From NCBI GenBank assembly GCA_051747805.1, contig JBNJGP010000015.1, positions 1 to 37,860 on the forward strand: a stretch of DNA of 37,860 bases. The letters are read 5' to 3'. Below the pieces are notes generated by a model. The model did not search any database, was not told where the DNA came from, and saw only the letters and a program-made list of their open reading frames with translations. Of this stretch, positions 10,340 through 19,608 are shown piece by piece (position 1 is the first letter of the stretch; every line of letters begins with the position of its first letter). Both the position numbers and the translations under genes were made by a program. The DNA is from Candidatus Muiribacteriota bacterium (GTDB lineage: Bacteria > Muiribacteriota > Muiribacteriia > Muiribacteriales > Muiribacteriaceae).

Positions 10340-11617
10340 CTACTTATTTTTTATAGTTTTTACAGCCTTTTTAAAAAAAATTCCTCTTTCTTCAAAATTA
10401 TTAAAATTATCAAATGAGGGCATTCCTGGAGAAAAAAGAACAATACCCTCTCTTTTTTTTAGGCTCATTATTATTTTATACAAAGAATTATCCCAGTCAT
10501 ATCCATTATAACATATTACATTTTTTTCTTTTTTTATATTATCATTTTCTGCAATATTTCCCAAAACAAAAATCTTTTTTACATTTTTATATTTGTTCAA
10601 TTTAATTAAAAAATTTTGAATCTTCATACCTTGTTTTAATTTACCGGATATAATTAAAAAAATATCTTTTTTAAAAGAGGTAACTGCTGCATAGGTTGAT
10701 TCATAGGTAGTTGCTTTTGAATCATTATATATTTCAAGATTATTAATTTTTTTTACAAACTCTATTCTATGTTCTACCCCCAAAAATTTTTTCATTCCTG
10801 ATTGAATACTTTGGCTTTCCACACCCATGATGAGTGCGGTTTTCACCGCAAAGGATATATTTTCAAAATTATGCCTTCCCTTTAAAATAGTTTCTAAACT
10901 AAAACTCTTATATGGAGCTTGTTGAGTATATTTTTTTCCATCAAATTTAAAATCCTTAGGAAATTTTAATTTCTGAACTTCTTTGTTCTCAATCTGTTTA
11001 AAATAATTTGAATTAAAAAGGAGATAGCCCGTTTTCATATTTTTACATATGTTCATTTTAGCGTTATAGTAATTTTTAAGATTTCGATGCCGCTGTAGAT
11101 GGTCTGGTGTAAAATTAAGTAAAATTGCAATATACGGAGAAAAGTTTTCAAACCTTTCAAGCTGATATGAGCTGAGTTCAGCTATAAAAATATTTTTTTT
11201 TCCTTCAAGGTCTCGGTAACCGGTTAATGGTTTTCCAATATTACCGCATAGACAAACATTTTTAAATTTGTTTTTCAAAAGATAATAAATAAGCGTTACT
11301 GTTGTGCTTTTTCCATTTGTTCCAGTAACCGCTATAAACAAAGACTGTTTGAAATATTCATATGCAAACTCAAACTCATCAACTACCCGTAGCTTATTAA
11401 CATAAGCCTGTTGAATAAAATCATCTTTGTAATCAATACCAGGACTTTTTATTAATGTAGTAAAATCTTTCCAGTTGATATTTTTATCGGGGAAAAAAAT
11501 ATCTTTATTATTAAATTTTTTTTTATCCACTACTATAAAAGGATAGTTTTTCTTTTGGAGAAAACTTCTACATGCCTGTCCTGTTTTTCCATATCCATAT
11601 ATTATATACTTATGCAT
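10340..11617 (-). CDS. murD: UDP-N-acetylmuramoyl-L-alanine--D-glutamate ligase
   Basis: KSPGI, AVTGTNGKST, GNIG.P, ELSSYQL, N.TPDHL.RH, GVEHRIE, NDSKAT, SPG..SFD.F.NFEERG. Confidence 0.95.
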   Translation of the reverse strand: MHKYIIYGYGKTGQACRSFLQKKNYPFIVVDKKKFNNKDIFFPDKNINWKDFTTLIKSPGIDYKDDFIQQAYVNKLRVVDEFEFAYEYFKQSLFIAVTGTNGKSTTVTLIYYLLKNKFKNVCLCGNIGKPLTGYRDLEGKKNIFIAELSSYQLERFENFSPYIAILLNFTPDHLQRHRNLKNYYNAKMNICKNMKTGYLLFNSNYFKQIENKEVQKLKFPKDFKFDGKKYTQQAPYKSFSLETILKGRHNFENISFAVKTALIMGVESQSIQSGMKKFLGVEHRIEFVKKINNLEIYNDSKATTYESTYAAVTSFKKDIFLIISGKLKQGMKIQNFLIKLNKYKNVKKIFVLGNIAENDNIKKEKNVICYNGYDWDNSLYKIIMSLKKREGIVLFSPGMPSFDNFNNFEERGIFFKKAVKTIKNK

Positions 11618-11631
11618 AAAGACAAATCCTG

Positions 11632-12702
11632 TTATCTAAACAATACGTTTATTACATAAAGCAGAAAACCACCAAGTGCCATAAAAGTTGAAATAATCCA
11701 GAAACGGATTACAACTTTTGTTTCATGTAAGTTTGAAAGTTCAAAATGATGATGTATAGGTGACATTTTAAAAACTTTTTTCTTTCTATATCTATATGAA
11801 AGCACCTGTATAATAACGGAGAGTGCCTCAATAACAAAAATTCCTCCTATAACTATAAACAAAAGCTCTGTTTTGGTCCATATGGCTAATATACCTGTTA
11901 CAGCTCCAAGAGAAAGAGAGCCTACATCCCCCATGAAAATCTGAGCCGGGTAAGAATTATACCACAAAAAACCAACTAAAGCTCCAATTAAAGCTCCTGT
12001 CAAAATCGTAAGCTCCCCAGCCCCATGTATATATGGTACATCAAGATGCTGACTATAAATTTTATTTCCCGCAATATAAGATATCGCTGTATAAACCGAT
12101 ACTACTGAGATCAAAACTCCGCCCGCTAAACCATCCAGTCCATCGGTAAGATTAACAGAGTTAGCACTGGCTGTTATTGTCAGTATTCCTAAAATCACAA
12201 ATAAAATCTTTTCATTAACCTTCATATTCAAAACTGGAATAAGAACATAAGAAAATCCATCAGTATAAAACATAATTAAAAAAAGGGCTCCCGAAGCAAA
12301 CATAAATATTAAAAGAAATTTGACTTTTGCACTTAATCCATCAGAACATCTATTTTTTATTTTTAAAATATCATCTATAAACCCGACTAAAGCCATTGAT
12401 ACCATAACATACAACGATATTAGAATTTTAGGATTCCACTTACCAAAAAAAAGAGTAACAAGCACTACACTTATAACAATTGCAATCCCACCCATTGTGG
12501 CATTCCCTTTTTTGGTCATGTGGGCCTCTGGCCCGCATTCTCTAATCTGCTGTCCCAGATTTCTTTTTATTACGCGCTTTTTAACCTCCGGCATCAGAAT
12601 AAAACAAATAACAAAAGAAATAAAAAAAGCCAGAATAGCACGTATTGTAATTGAATTTAAATAATCTATATGGACTACACTTGTTAAAAAAAAGTTAATC
12701 AT
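11632..12702 (-). CDS. mraY: Phospho-N-acetylmuramoyl-pentapeptide transferase
   Basis: GQQIR..GP..H..K.G..TMGG, GFIDD, NSVNLTDGLDGL, IFMGDVGS, PIHHHFEL. Confidence 0.97.
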   Translation of the reverse strand: MINFFLTSVVHIDYLNSITIRAILAFFISFVICFILMPEVKKRVIKRNLGQQIRECGPEAHMTKKGNATMGGIAIVISVVLVTLFFGKWNPKILISLYVMVSMALVGFIDDILKIKNRCSDGLSAKVKFLLIFMFASGALFLIMFYTDGFSYVLIPVLNMKVNEKILFVILGILTITASANSVNLTDGLDGLAGGVLISVVSVYTAISYIAGNKIYSQHLDVPYIHGAGELTILTGALIGALVGFLWYNSYPAQIFMGDVGSLSLGAVTGILAIWTKTELLFIVIGGIFVIEALSVIIQVLSYRYRKKKVFKMSPIHHHFELSNLHETKVVIRFWIISTFMALGGFLLYVINVLFR

Positions 12703-14057
12703 TCCATACTCCTCAGGCAGGAAATGATTTTTTCCATTTTCATAGCTCTTGAGCCTTTAATGAAAATTTTGTATTTCTTACCTGCAAATCTTATATATCT
12801 GCATACTTCTTCAACATTGTTAACAAAATAAATATCGCCAATACTTCTCCCAGCCTTCAATGCCCCCTCTCCAAACATAACAGCAAGCTCGCCAAAACAA
12901 ACAAGCTTTCCTTCAACATTATCTGCAAAAATTTCACCAACTTTCTGATGCCAGTAAATAGAATCTTTTCCTAACTCTTTCATATCACCAAGTATAACTA
13001 TCCATTTACCAGATATATTTGAAAGCTGAGGCAGAATTTTTTCCAGCGAAAAAGGATTAGAATTATAACAGTCCATCATAAAATCAAAACCTTTAAAATG
13101 TAAAAATTCCATACGGTCATTAACTTTTAAAGTCTCATTCAGGTCTATTTCATCAATTTCAAAATCCCATTGCAGAGCAGTAGCAATTGCACCGACATAG
13201 TTTTGCGCTAATAATGGAAGACCCATCAATTCAAAATGATAAGTTTTATTATTGTAAAAAATATTTAATTTAAATTTGTTATTATTTATTACTTCAACCT
13301 TATAATAAAAATCTGCATTTTTATCCTCTCCAAAACTGACAGTTTTAAATTTTTCCGGAATATTTATATACTTTTCAATTTTTTTATTATAAATTAATCT
13401 ACCATTTTTTTTCATATATGAGGTTAATTCCATCTTAGCTTTCGCAATATCTTTAATTCCGTCAAAATTGCCACTGTGTACATATCCTACATTTAATAAT
13501 AAAACACTGTCAGGAGAAAGCATTTTTGAAATTTCAGTTAATTCCCCCTGATGATTCATACCACATTCAGCTATAAAAAACTCTGTCTTTTCATCTGAGT
13601 TAATTATACTATAGGGAACTCCAAGATTATTATTAAAATTTTTAACTGACTTTGAGGTAATAAATTTTTTTGAAAAAATATTAAAAAGAATTTCTCTTGT
13701 AGTTGTTTTTCCAGCACTACCGGTCAGGGCAACAATTTTAATATTATTTTTTTCAATAATTATTCGGGATAATTCAGCAAGAAATTTTAAAACAGATTTA
13801 ACATGAATAATCGTTATTTCTTCACTGAAATTTTTTATTTTTTCAAAATCCTCTGAAACCACAGCCAGGGCTCCTTGTTTTAGAGCATCTTTTATATATA
13901 GATGGCCGTCAGTATTATTTCCTTTAAAGCATAAAAATATTTTATCTTTAACTTTTCTTCTTGTATCAAACTCAACTCCGCCATAATCTTCAAAAACACA
14001 GCCGTCAAGTTTTAAAATTGTCTCCATTTCCATTAAAATGTCAATATTAATCTTCAT
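12699..14057 (-). CDS. murF: UDP-N-acetylmuramoyl-tripeptide--D-Ala-D-Ala ligase
   Basis: DGH.YI, ALTGSAGKTTT, NFNN.LGVP, E.GMNH.GE, DCYNSNP.S, LGDMKELG, KGSR.MKME. Confidence 0.95.
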   Translation of the reverse strand: MKINIDILMEMETILKLDGCVFEDYGGVEFDTRRKVKDKIFLCFKGNNTDGHLYIKDALKQGALAVVSEDFEKIKNFSEEITIIHVKSVLKFLAELSRIIIEKNNIKIVALTGSAGKTTTREILFNIFSKKFITSKSVKNFNNNLGVPYSIINSDEKTEFFIAECGMNHQGELTEISKMLSPDSVLLLNVGYVHSGNFDGIKDIAKAKMELTSYMKKNGRLIYNKKIEKYINIPEKFKTVSFGEDKNADFYYKVEVINNNKFKLNIFYNNKTYHFELMGLPLLAQNYVGAIATALQWDFEIDEIDLNETLKVNDRMEFLHFKGFDFMMDCYNSNPFSLEKILPQLSNISGKWIVILGDMKELGKDSIYWHQKVGEIFADNVEGKLVCFGELAVMFGEGALKAGRSIGDIYFVNNVEEVCRYIRFAGKKYKIFIKGSRAMKMEKIISCLRSME

Positions 14058-15486
14058 ATTTCAGTACAGTATCCTTATCTGAAAAATAAATTTTTTTACC
14101 ATCAATCTCCTGAGTCTTTTCATGTCCCTTCCCGGCAATAACCAGAGTGGCTCCATCACTTGAAGCTTTTTTAAGCCCCTGAAATATTGCTTCTTCTCGA
14201 TTTTCTATAAGAGTATAATTGTTTTTTGAAATTCCTTCAATTATATTTTTAAAAATTATTTCAGGGGACTCCTTACGAGGATTATCATTTGTTAAAAACA
14301 CATGATAACAGAATTTCGAAGAAATTCTTCCCATATCACTTCTCTTTCCTCTATCCCGCTCACCTCCGCATCCAAATACAATAATTATTTTTTTATATAA
14401 TTCGGATAGGGATTTAAGCATATTCTCAAGCGCATCTGGTGTATGAGCATAGTCTATAAAAACCGGAATATTTTTATATTTAATTTTTTCTAACCTTCCA
14501 GGAATAATAAGATTATTAAAGTTAATACTTTCGATTTTTTCAGGTAAATACCCCATAGCGACAACAAGAGCAAATGCCGCGGCCATGTTATATGCATTGA
14601 AATCTCCCTGAAGAGAATGGCTTAAATTATATATTTTATTTTTATATTTAATTTTTAAGTTGTTTTTTTTATTATAATTATTAATTTCTACAATTTTAAA
14701 ATCACTTTTTTTATTTTTACCATATGTTAATACTTTCTTTTTATTTTTAAAATAATCAATCAGGTTAAGCCCCGCCTCATCATCATAATTTATAATAAGA
14801 TTTTTTTCTGCAATATCAAAAAGAAGCTTCTTTGAGTTAAAATAATCTTCCATACTTTTATGAAAATCAAGATGTTCTCTACTTAAATTTGTAAAAACTG
14901 CATTTTTAAAGTTTATTCCCTCTGTTCTTTTCAACTTTAAGGCATGAGAGGAAACCTCACTTACAAATTTTTCGCATTTATTATGAAGAGCCTCAGCAAG
15001 ATATCTTATAAAAAGAACTCCTTCGGGAAAAGTATTAAAGGTACTATAAGTTTTATTTCCAGTATTTACATTAACTGTTCCAGAATAACCGGTTTTAACT
15101 CCTAAGTTTTTCAATATATATGCAGCAAGGAGAACTGTTGAAGTTTTTCCATTTGTTCCAGTAACACCAGTTAAGTCAATTTTTTTTGAGGGAAAATTAT
15201 AAATAATTTTTGCAAAATAATTTTTATTCCGGTTTAAATCCGGCACATATAATCCTGGTAAATCTGACTTAAAATCAGTATCACTTAAAAAAAACTGCGC
15301 CCCGTTTTTAAAAGCCTCGTCAATAAAATCTGTTCCATTTACATTTTCGCCTTTTACAGCTAGAAAAATTGAATTTTTTAATTTAAAGCGGGAATCATTC
15401 ATAATATTTTTAATTTCAATATTATTTAACCCTGCCCGGCAATCTTTAAGCTTATTTATTTTTTTTAAAAAATCTTTAAGTTTCAT
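14047..15486 (-). CDS. murE: UDP-N-acetylmuramoyl-L-Ala-D-Glu--meso-DAP ligase
   Basis: GVTGTNGKTS, EVSSH, FTNLS.EHLDFH, DYAHTPD, DNPR (meso-DAP-type motif), AGKGHE. Confidence 0.96.
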   Translation of the reverse strand: MKLKDFLKKINKLKDCRAGLNNIEIKNIMNDSRFKLKNSIFLAVKGENVNGTDFIDEAFKNGAQFFLSDTDFKSDLPGLYVPDLNRNKNYFAKIIYNFPSKKIDLTGVTGTNGKTSTVLLAAYILKNLGVKTGYSGTVNVNTGNKTYSTFNTFPEGVLFIRYLAEALHNKCEKFVSEVSSHALKLKRTEGINFKNAVFTNLSREHLDFHKSMEDYFNSKKLLFDIAEKNLIINYDDEAGLNLIDYFKNKKKVLTYGKNKKSDFKIVEINNYNKKNNLKIKYKNKIYNLSHSLQGDFNAYNMAAAFALVVAMGYLPEKIESINFNNLIIPGRLEKIKYKNIPVFIDYAHTPDALENMLKSLSELYKKIIIVFGCGGERDRGKRSDMGRISSKFCYHVFLTNDNPRKESPEIIFKNIIEGISKNNYTLIENREEAIFQGLKKASSDGATLVIAGKGHEKTQEIDGKKIYFSDKDTVLKYED

Positions 15487-17590
15487 TTTGAAAACTCCAG
15501 TATAAGCTGCGTGTTTTCGTTAATTTCACCACCTGGTGATGGTTCTTGAGATTCAACTCTGCCACTACCCTGAAATTCGAAGTTTATTCCTAAATCCCCA
15601 ACAATACGCAACGCTTTTCTCATTGTTAAACCTCTGAAATCCGGTAAAATATTACCTTCTGTGGACTGTTTTATATCACCAAAATAAATTTCAACTTTAT
15701 CTTCTTCCTCAATTATGTTGCCAGGGGCCGGCTCCTGATAAACTACAAAATCACCGCTTCCAATAATTTCCACCTGAGCATTCAACATCTGAACCCGTTT
15801 GTGTAAAACACTCCTGGATAATCCAGAAAAATTAGGCATAATATGTCTTATATTATTCTCTCCTGGTACAACCTCAATTTCTGGTTCAAGCTTTTTATAT
15901 TCAGCAATTTTTCTGGCCAGAGATGAAAAAGCCGGGCCAGCAACAGTACCTCCATAATATTCTCCCGCTCTAGGCTCATCAATAACAACATAGATTAAAT
16001 ACTGAGGTTCATCGACAGGAAAAGCTCCAATAAAAGATGAAATAAATTTTCCTGACATATATCCGCCAACACCCGCTTTCTGTGCAGTTCCCGTTTTTCC
16101 TCCAACTGAATAATAAGGAACTGCAGCTTTAACCCCTGTTCCCTCTTCTACAGACGCCCTCATTATGTTTCTTATATTCTCACTTGTTTCCTCTGAAACC
16201 ACTCTAATTTCTTCATCACTAGCAAAATCTTTAACTGTTTTACCATTTTTTTCCAACTTTTTTATAATTCTTGGCTCTTTAAATATACCTCCATTCACAA
16301 GGGCGCTTACAGCAGTGGCCATCTGAATCCCAGTTACCGCAATACCCTGACCAAATCCCATTGAGGCAATATCTCTTTTTGAAATAAATTTTTCAGGACT
16401 TGTCATAATCCCCCTAGCCTCAGATGGAAAATTCACTCCCGTTTTGTCTCCAAAACCTAATTTTTTAGTTACATCATAAAATTCTTTGTAATCCATTTGT
16501 GTAGAAGCTTTAACCATCGCAACATTGCATGAGGAGGCCACCGCCTGCTTAAGTGATATTTCTCCATGAGGATGTTCACACTTTATTTCTCCACCACTAT
16601 CAATTTTTATTGAGCCGTCACAATGAAAAAGAGAATCAATTTCTTTTTTTTTATTTTCAATAACTGCGGCAGTTGTTACCAATTTAAATGTAGAACCAGG
16701 TTCATATATATCAAGAAAAGCATAATTTTTATAATGCTCCGATGGTGTATTTTGAAAGTCTGTTGCTGAATAAGTAGGATAGTTGGCAACAGCCAGCACC
16801 TCAAAAGTATTGGTATCCATAACGATTATATGACCTTTTTTTGCATCATTTTCCTCAATTGTATTATTTAATTCTTCTTCAGCCCAGTATTGAATAATTT
16901 TGTCAATCGTCAATATAACATCTGCCCCATTATACTCATTATAAACACTTTCCGGATTATCACCGTAAAAAGAATGTCCGTGGTTATCCATCATCATTTC
17001 AATAAACACTTTCTGCCCTTTTAAATAATTATCAAAATAATTTTCAATTCCTTCCAATCCTTTATTATCATAAAAATCATTATCATCTACTCCAACCATT
17101 CCGATTAGATTTGCTCCAAGATTATTTTCAGTATATATTCTTTTGAACTCGCGTCTGAAATCGACTCCCTCAAGCTTCATATCATCAATTCTGCGATATT
17201 CATGCAGCTGAAGGCCTCGGACAAACCATAAGAAAGAGGAATTTCTATTACGCTCATAAAGATTTTTTAACTCTTCGTAGTCTATATCAATAATTTCATC
17301 AATTTTTTTAAGAATAATCTCAATATTTTCAATTTCTGAGGGATTAACATACATAGAATAAGCATTAATACTTGCGGCAAGTTCGTTTCTATTAGAATCC
17401 ATTATTGAACCGCGTCTTCCCATTATTTCAATATTACGCTTATAAACTCTATTAGCCTCTGAAGACCATAATTCATATTGTACAAACTGAATTTCATATA
17501 ATCTGATAATTAAAGCTAAAAACAGAAATATAAAAAAAAGAAATGTTAAAAATACCCTGTTAAAAGAAATTAGTTTTTTTTTTTACTCAA
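15483..17590 (-). CDS. ftsI: Class B penicillin-binding protein (FtsI/SpoVD-like) with two C-terminal PASTA domains; apparent frameshift in an A11 run right after the TTG start
   Basis: RG.I.D.N, EPGSTFK (SxxK), SCN, KTGTAQ; PASTA repeats MPNFSG.. and LPDFRG... The main frame is open from 17582 and encodes the N-terminal TM anchor; TTG 17590 after SD GAGGG is out of frame. Confidence 0.88.
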
Positions 17591-17940
17591 AATTTACCCT
17601 CAATATATTCTATATTATGTGATTTTATCATATTTAATTCTTCTTCTGCAATCCTTTTTATTCTGTCAAGGGATGAGAGTTTAGCTGCAATAACATTTAA
17701 ATTTGTTATCTCTCTTTCAATCTCTTTTTTTTGCCTGTTTAAACTCGAAACCCTCGTTCGATAGGTATTTAAAGTAGAAACCTGCCATAAGTATAAAAAA
17801 GAAACAAGAACCACAACAATCATTCCAAGAAAAATTTTTGCAATTAAATTAAGCGAATTTTTTTTTGATAAATTTTCCTGAACACGTAATTTATTATTTT
17901 TTTTTATTTCATAATTTGAAAGTATATTGTTATTGTTCAA
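17587..17940 (-). CDS. ftsL: Cell division protein FtsL
   Basis: Single TM, coiled coil, LSSLDRIKRIAEEELNM; lies between rsmH and ftsI. Confidence 0.85.
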   Translation of the reverse strand: MNNNNILSNYEIKKNNKLRVQENLSKKNSLNLIAKIFLGMIVVVLVSFLYLWQVSTLNTYRTRVSSLNRQKKEIEREITNLNVIAAKLSSLDRIKRIAEEELNMIKSHNIEYIEGKF

Positions 17941-18862
17941 TTTTTTTTGCCCCTCTCAGCTTAGCACTTCTTGCTCTATTATTTATTTTTTTTTCTTCTT
18001 TACTAACACATATCGGCTTTTTAGTTAATATTTCCAACTCTCTTTTATGGTTACAGGTACATTGAATAAGTTCCGGCGGGCAAACACAGCGGGAGTTTTT
18101 AAGCTTAAAGAAATTTTTTACAATTCTATCCTCAAGTGAATGAAAAGAAATACAGGCTATTATCCCATCTTTTTTTAAAAAAGGAACTGATTTCTCTAAA
18201 AATATTTCTATATTTTCAAGCTCTTTATTAACATAAATGCGAAGAGCCTGAAAAACACGGGTAGCAGGATTGATTTTTAATTTTTTAGAACCAAATTTTT
18301 TTACTATATCCACAAGTTCAAAAGTAGTTTCGATTTTTTTCAAACTTCTTCTTCTAATAATCTCACGGGCAATCTGTCTGGATTTTTTTTCTTCTCCGTA
18401 TTTAAAAAAAATATCAGCGAGTTTAACAGCTGAATAATTATTAACAACATCAGCCGCGTTAACATCTATTTGAGAATTCATTCTCATATCCAGAGGACCG
18501 TTTTTTAAAAAGGAAAAGCCTCTTTCGGGTTTTTCCAGCTGATTCGAAGAAAGACCAAAATCTGCTATGATTCCATCTACTTTTTCAATTCCAGCCTTTT
18601 TTAAAACAATATCCAGATTTTTAAAATTTGCATTGGCAAGAATTACATTATTATTTTTTTTAAATTTTTTCATACACCATGCTACAGCGTCTTCATCAGT
18701 ATCAATGCCAATCAACAATCCCCTGTCGTTAAGCTGAGAAAGAATTTTCTGACTGTGTCCCCCGCCACCTATAGTTACGTCCACATATATTCCGTCTGAT
18801 TTTATATTTAATAAATCTATTACTTCCTCTGATAATACTGGAGTATGGTTAAATTCATTCAT
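17930..18862 (-). CDS. rsmH: 16S rRNA m4C1402 methyltransferase RsmH (MraW)
   Basis: H.PVL..E, D.T.GGGGHS, D.G.SS.QL....RGFSF...GPLDMRM, FQALRI.VN.EL, ISFHSLEDRIVK, RARSAKLR. Confidence 0.97.
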   Translation of the reverse strand: MNEFNHTPVLSEEVIDLLNIKSDGIYVDVTIGGGGHSQKILSQLNDRGLLIGIDTDEDAVAWCMKKFKKNNNVILANANFKNLDIVLKKAGIEKVDGIIADFGLSSNQLEKPERGFSFLKNGPLDMRMNSQIDVNAADVVNNYSAVKLADIFFKYGEEKKSRQIAREIIRRRSLKKIETTFELVDIVKKFGSKKLKINPATRVFQALRIYVNKELENIEIFLEKSVPFLKKDGIIACISFHSLEDRIVKNFFKLKNSRCVCPPELIQCTCNHKRELEILTKKPICVSKEEKKINNRARSAKLRGAKKIEQ

Positions 18863-18886
18863 TATAATACCTTGTTTAAGTAATTT

Positions 18887-19318
18887 TTAACTTAAAAATT
18901 CTGTTATTTTCTGGGCTTTTTCTTCAAATTTTTCACCAGTTTCCTGCGAGTATGTCTCCCAGCTTTCTTTTGACCATATCTCAACTGTATTAAAATTACC
19001 ATTTATAACAGCCTCTTTTTTCAAGTTAGAATATTGTCTTAGATTCTGTGGAAGTACCACTCTACCTGCCTTATCAAGCGAAACTTCAAGTGCTCTGGAA
19101 AAAAGAAGTCTTTTAAAAGCACGAACATCTTTATCGGTTGAGGGTAGATTATATATTCTGTCGGTATAATTTTTCCATTCGTCATAAGGGAAAATAACAA
19201 GACATTTTTCAAAACCACACGTAATAATAAAGCCCTCTTTAAGTTTAAATCTGAATTTAGAGGGAACAATAACTCGACCTTTATTATCTAAATTATGAAA
19301 GTATTCTCCCAAAAACAT
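18887..19318 (-). CDS. mraZ: Division/cell wall cluster transcriptional repressor MraZ
   Basis: MFLGEY...LD.KGR..VP..FR and D.AGRV.LP..LR repeats; canonical N-terminus at ATG 19318. Confidence 0.96.
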   Translation of the reverse strand: MFLGEYFHNLDNKGRVIVPSKFRFKLKEGFIITCGFEKCLVIFPYDEWKNYTDRIYNLPSTDKDVRAFKRLLFSRALEVSLDKAGRVVLPQNLRQYSNLKKEAVINGNFNTVEIWSKESWETYSQETGEKFEEKAQKITEFLS

Positions 19319-19326
19319 AAAAAAAA

Positions 19327-19430
19327 TTCGGGTTGCGGTCCTTAATACCGACAACGGGAGTTGGCGGTCTCCAGGTGCATATCAGGTCACCTTAAGGTAA
19401 ATCAGCCTGCCGGCAGGACTACAACCCAAA
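19327..19430 (-). ncRNA. Unclassified structured RNA in the mraZ 5' leader
   Basis: Closing stem UUUGGGUUGUAGUCCU/AGGACCGCAACCCGAA (15 of 16 paired), second helix GCCGGCAG/UUGUCGGU, and two internal hairpins; multiple G-U pairs indicate the minus strand. Confidence 0.55.
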
Positions 19431-19433
19431 GCT

Positions 19434-19472
19434 CCCACTTTCTACCACTTTATTACCACTGATTTACCACTT
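19434..19472 (-). promoter_or_regulatory. MraZ operator: four AGTGG boxes
   Basis: GTGG (plus-strand CCAC) at 19467, 19456, 19445 and 19435, spaced 11/11/10 bp; matches known MraZ-binding direct repeats. Confidence 0.85.
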
Positions 19473-19476
19473 AATC

Positions 19477-19505
19477 ATTATAGTGAAACTAACTGACAAT
19501 TGCAA
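19477..19505 (-). promoter_or_regulatory. Sigma-70 promoter of the dcw operon
   Basis: TTGCAA (19505-19500), 17-bp spacer, TATAAT (19482-19477), immediately upstream of the MraZ boxes. Confidence 0.85.
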
Positions 19506-19538
19506 AAAAAAATTCAACGGTGATTGGTAATGCTTTTG

Positions 19539-19578
19539 AAAAAAAAAAAAAAGAGGAACGCGTTAATTCACGTTCCTC
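19539..19578 (-). terminator. Intrinsic terminator after tkt
   Basis: GAGGAACGUG-AAUUAA-CGCGUUCCUC stem-loop followed by U14. Confidence 0.9.
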
Positions 19579-19608
19579 CCATATTAATGTTACTTAAGTC
19601 CAGAAATC

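Noticed and set aside
19319..19354. mraZ start at TTG 19354
   Set aside because: It is buried in the leader stem and adds 12 non-conserved residues ahead of the canonical MFLGEY; not fully excluded.
19360..19412. TPP or cobalamin riboswitch (GGCTGA...ACCTGAT; GGAGACCGCC)
   Set aside because: Only fragments match; CUGAGA, the GCGUAGG region and the B12 core are missing.
19327..19430. SRP (4.5S) RNA on the plus strand (TCAGGTC...CAGCC)
   Set aside because: No GNRA-capped helix or AGCAG loop, and the G-U pairing pattern favours the minus strand.
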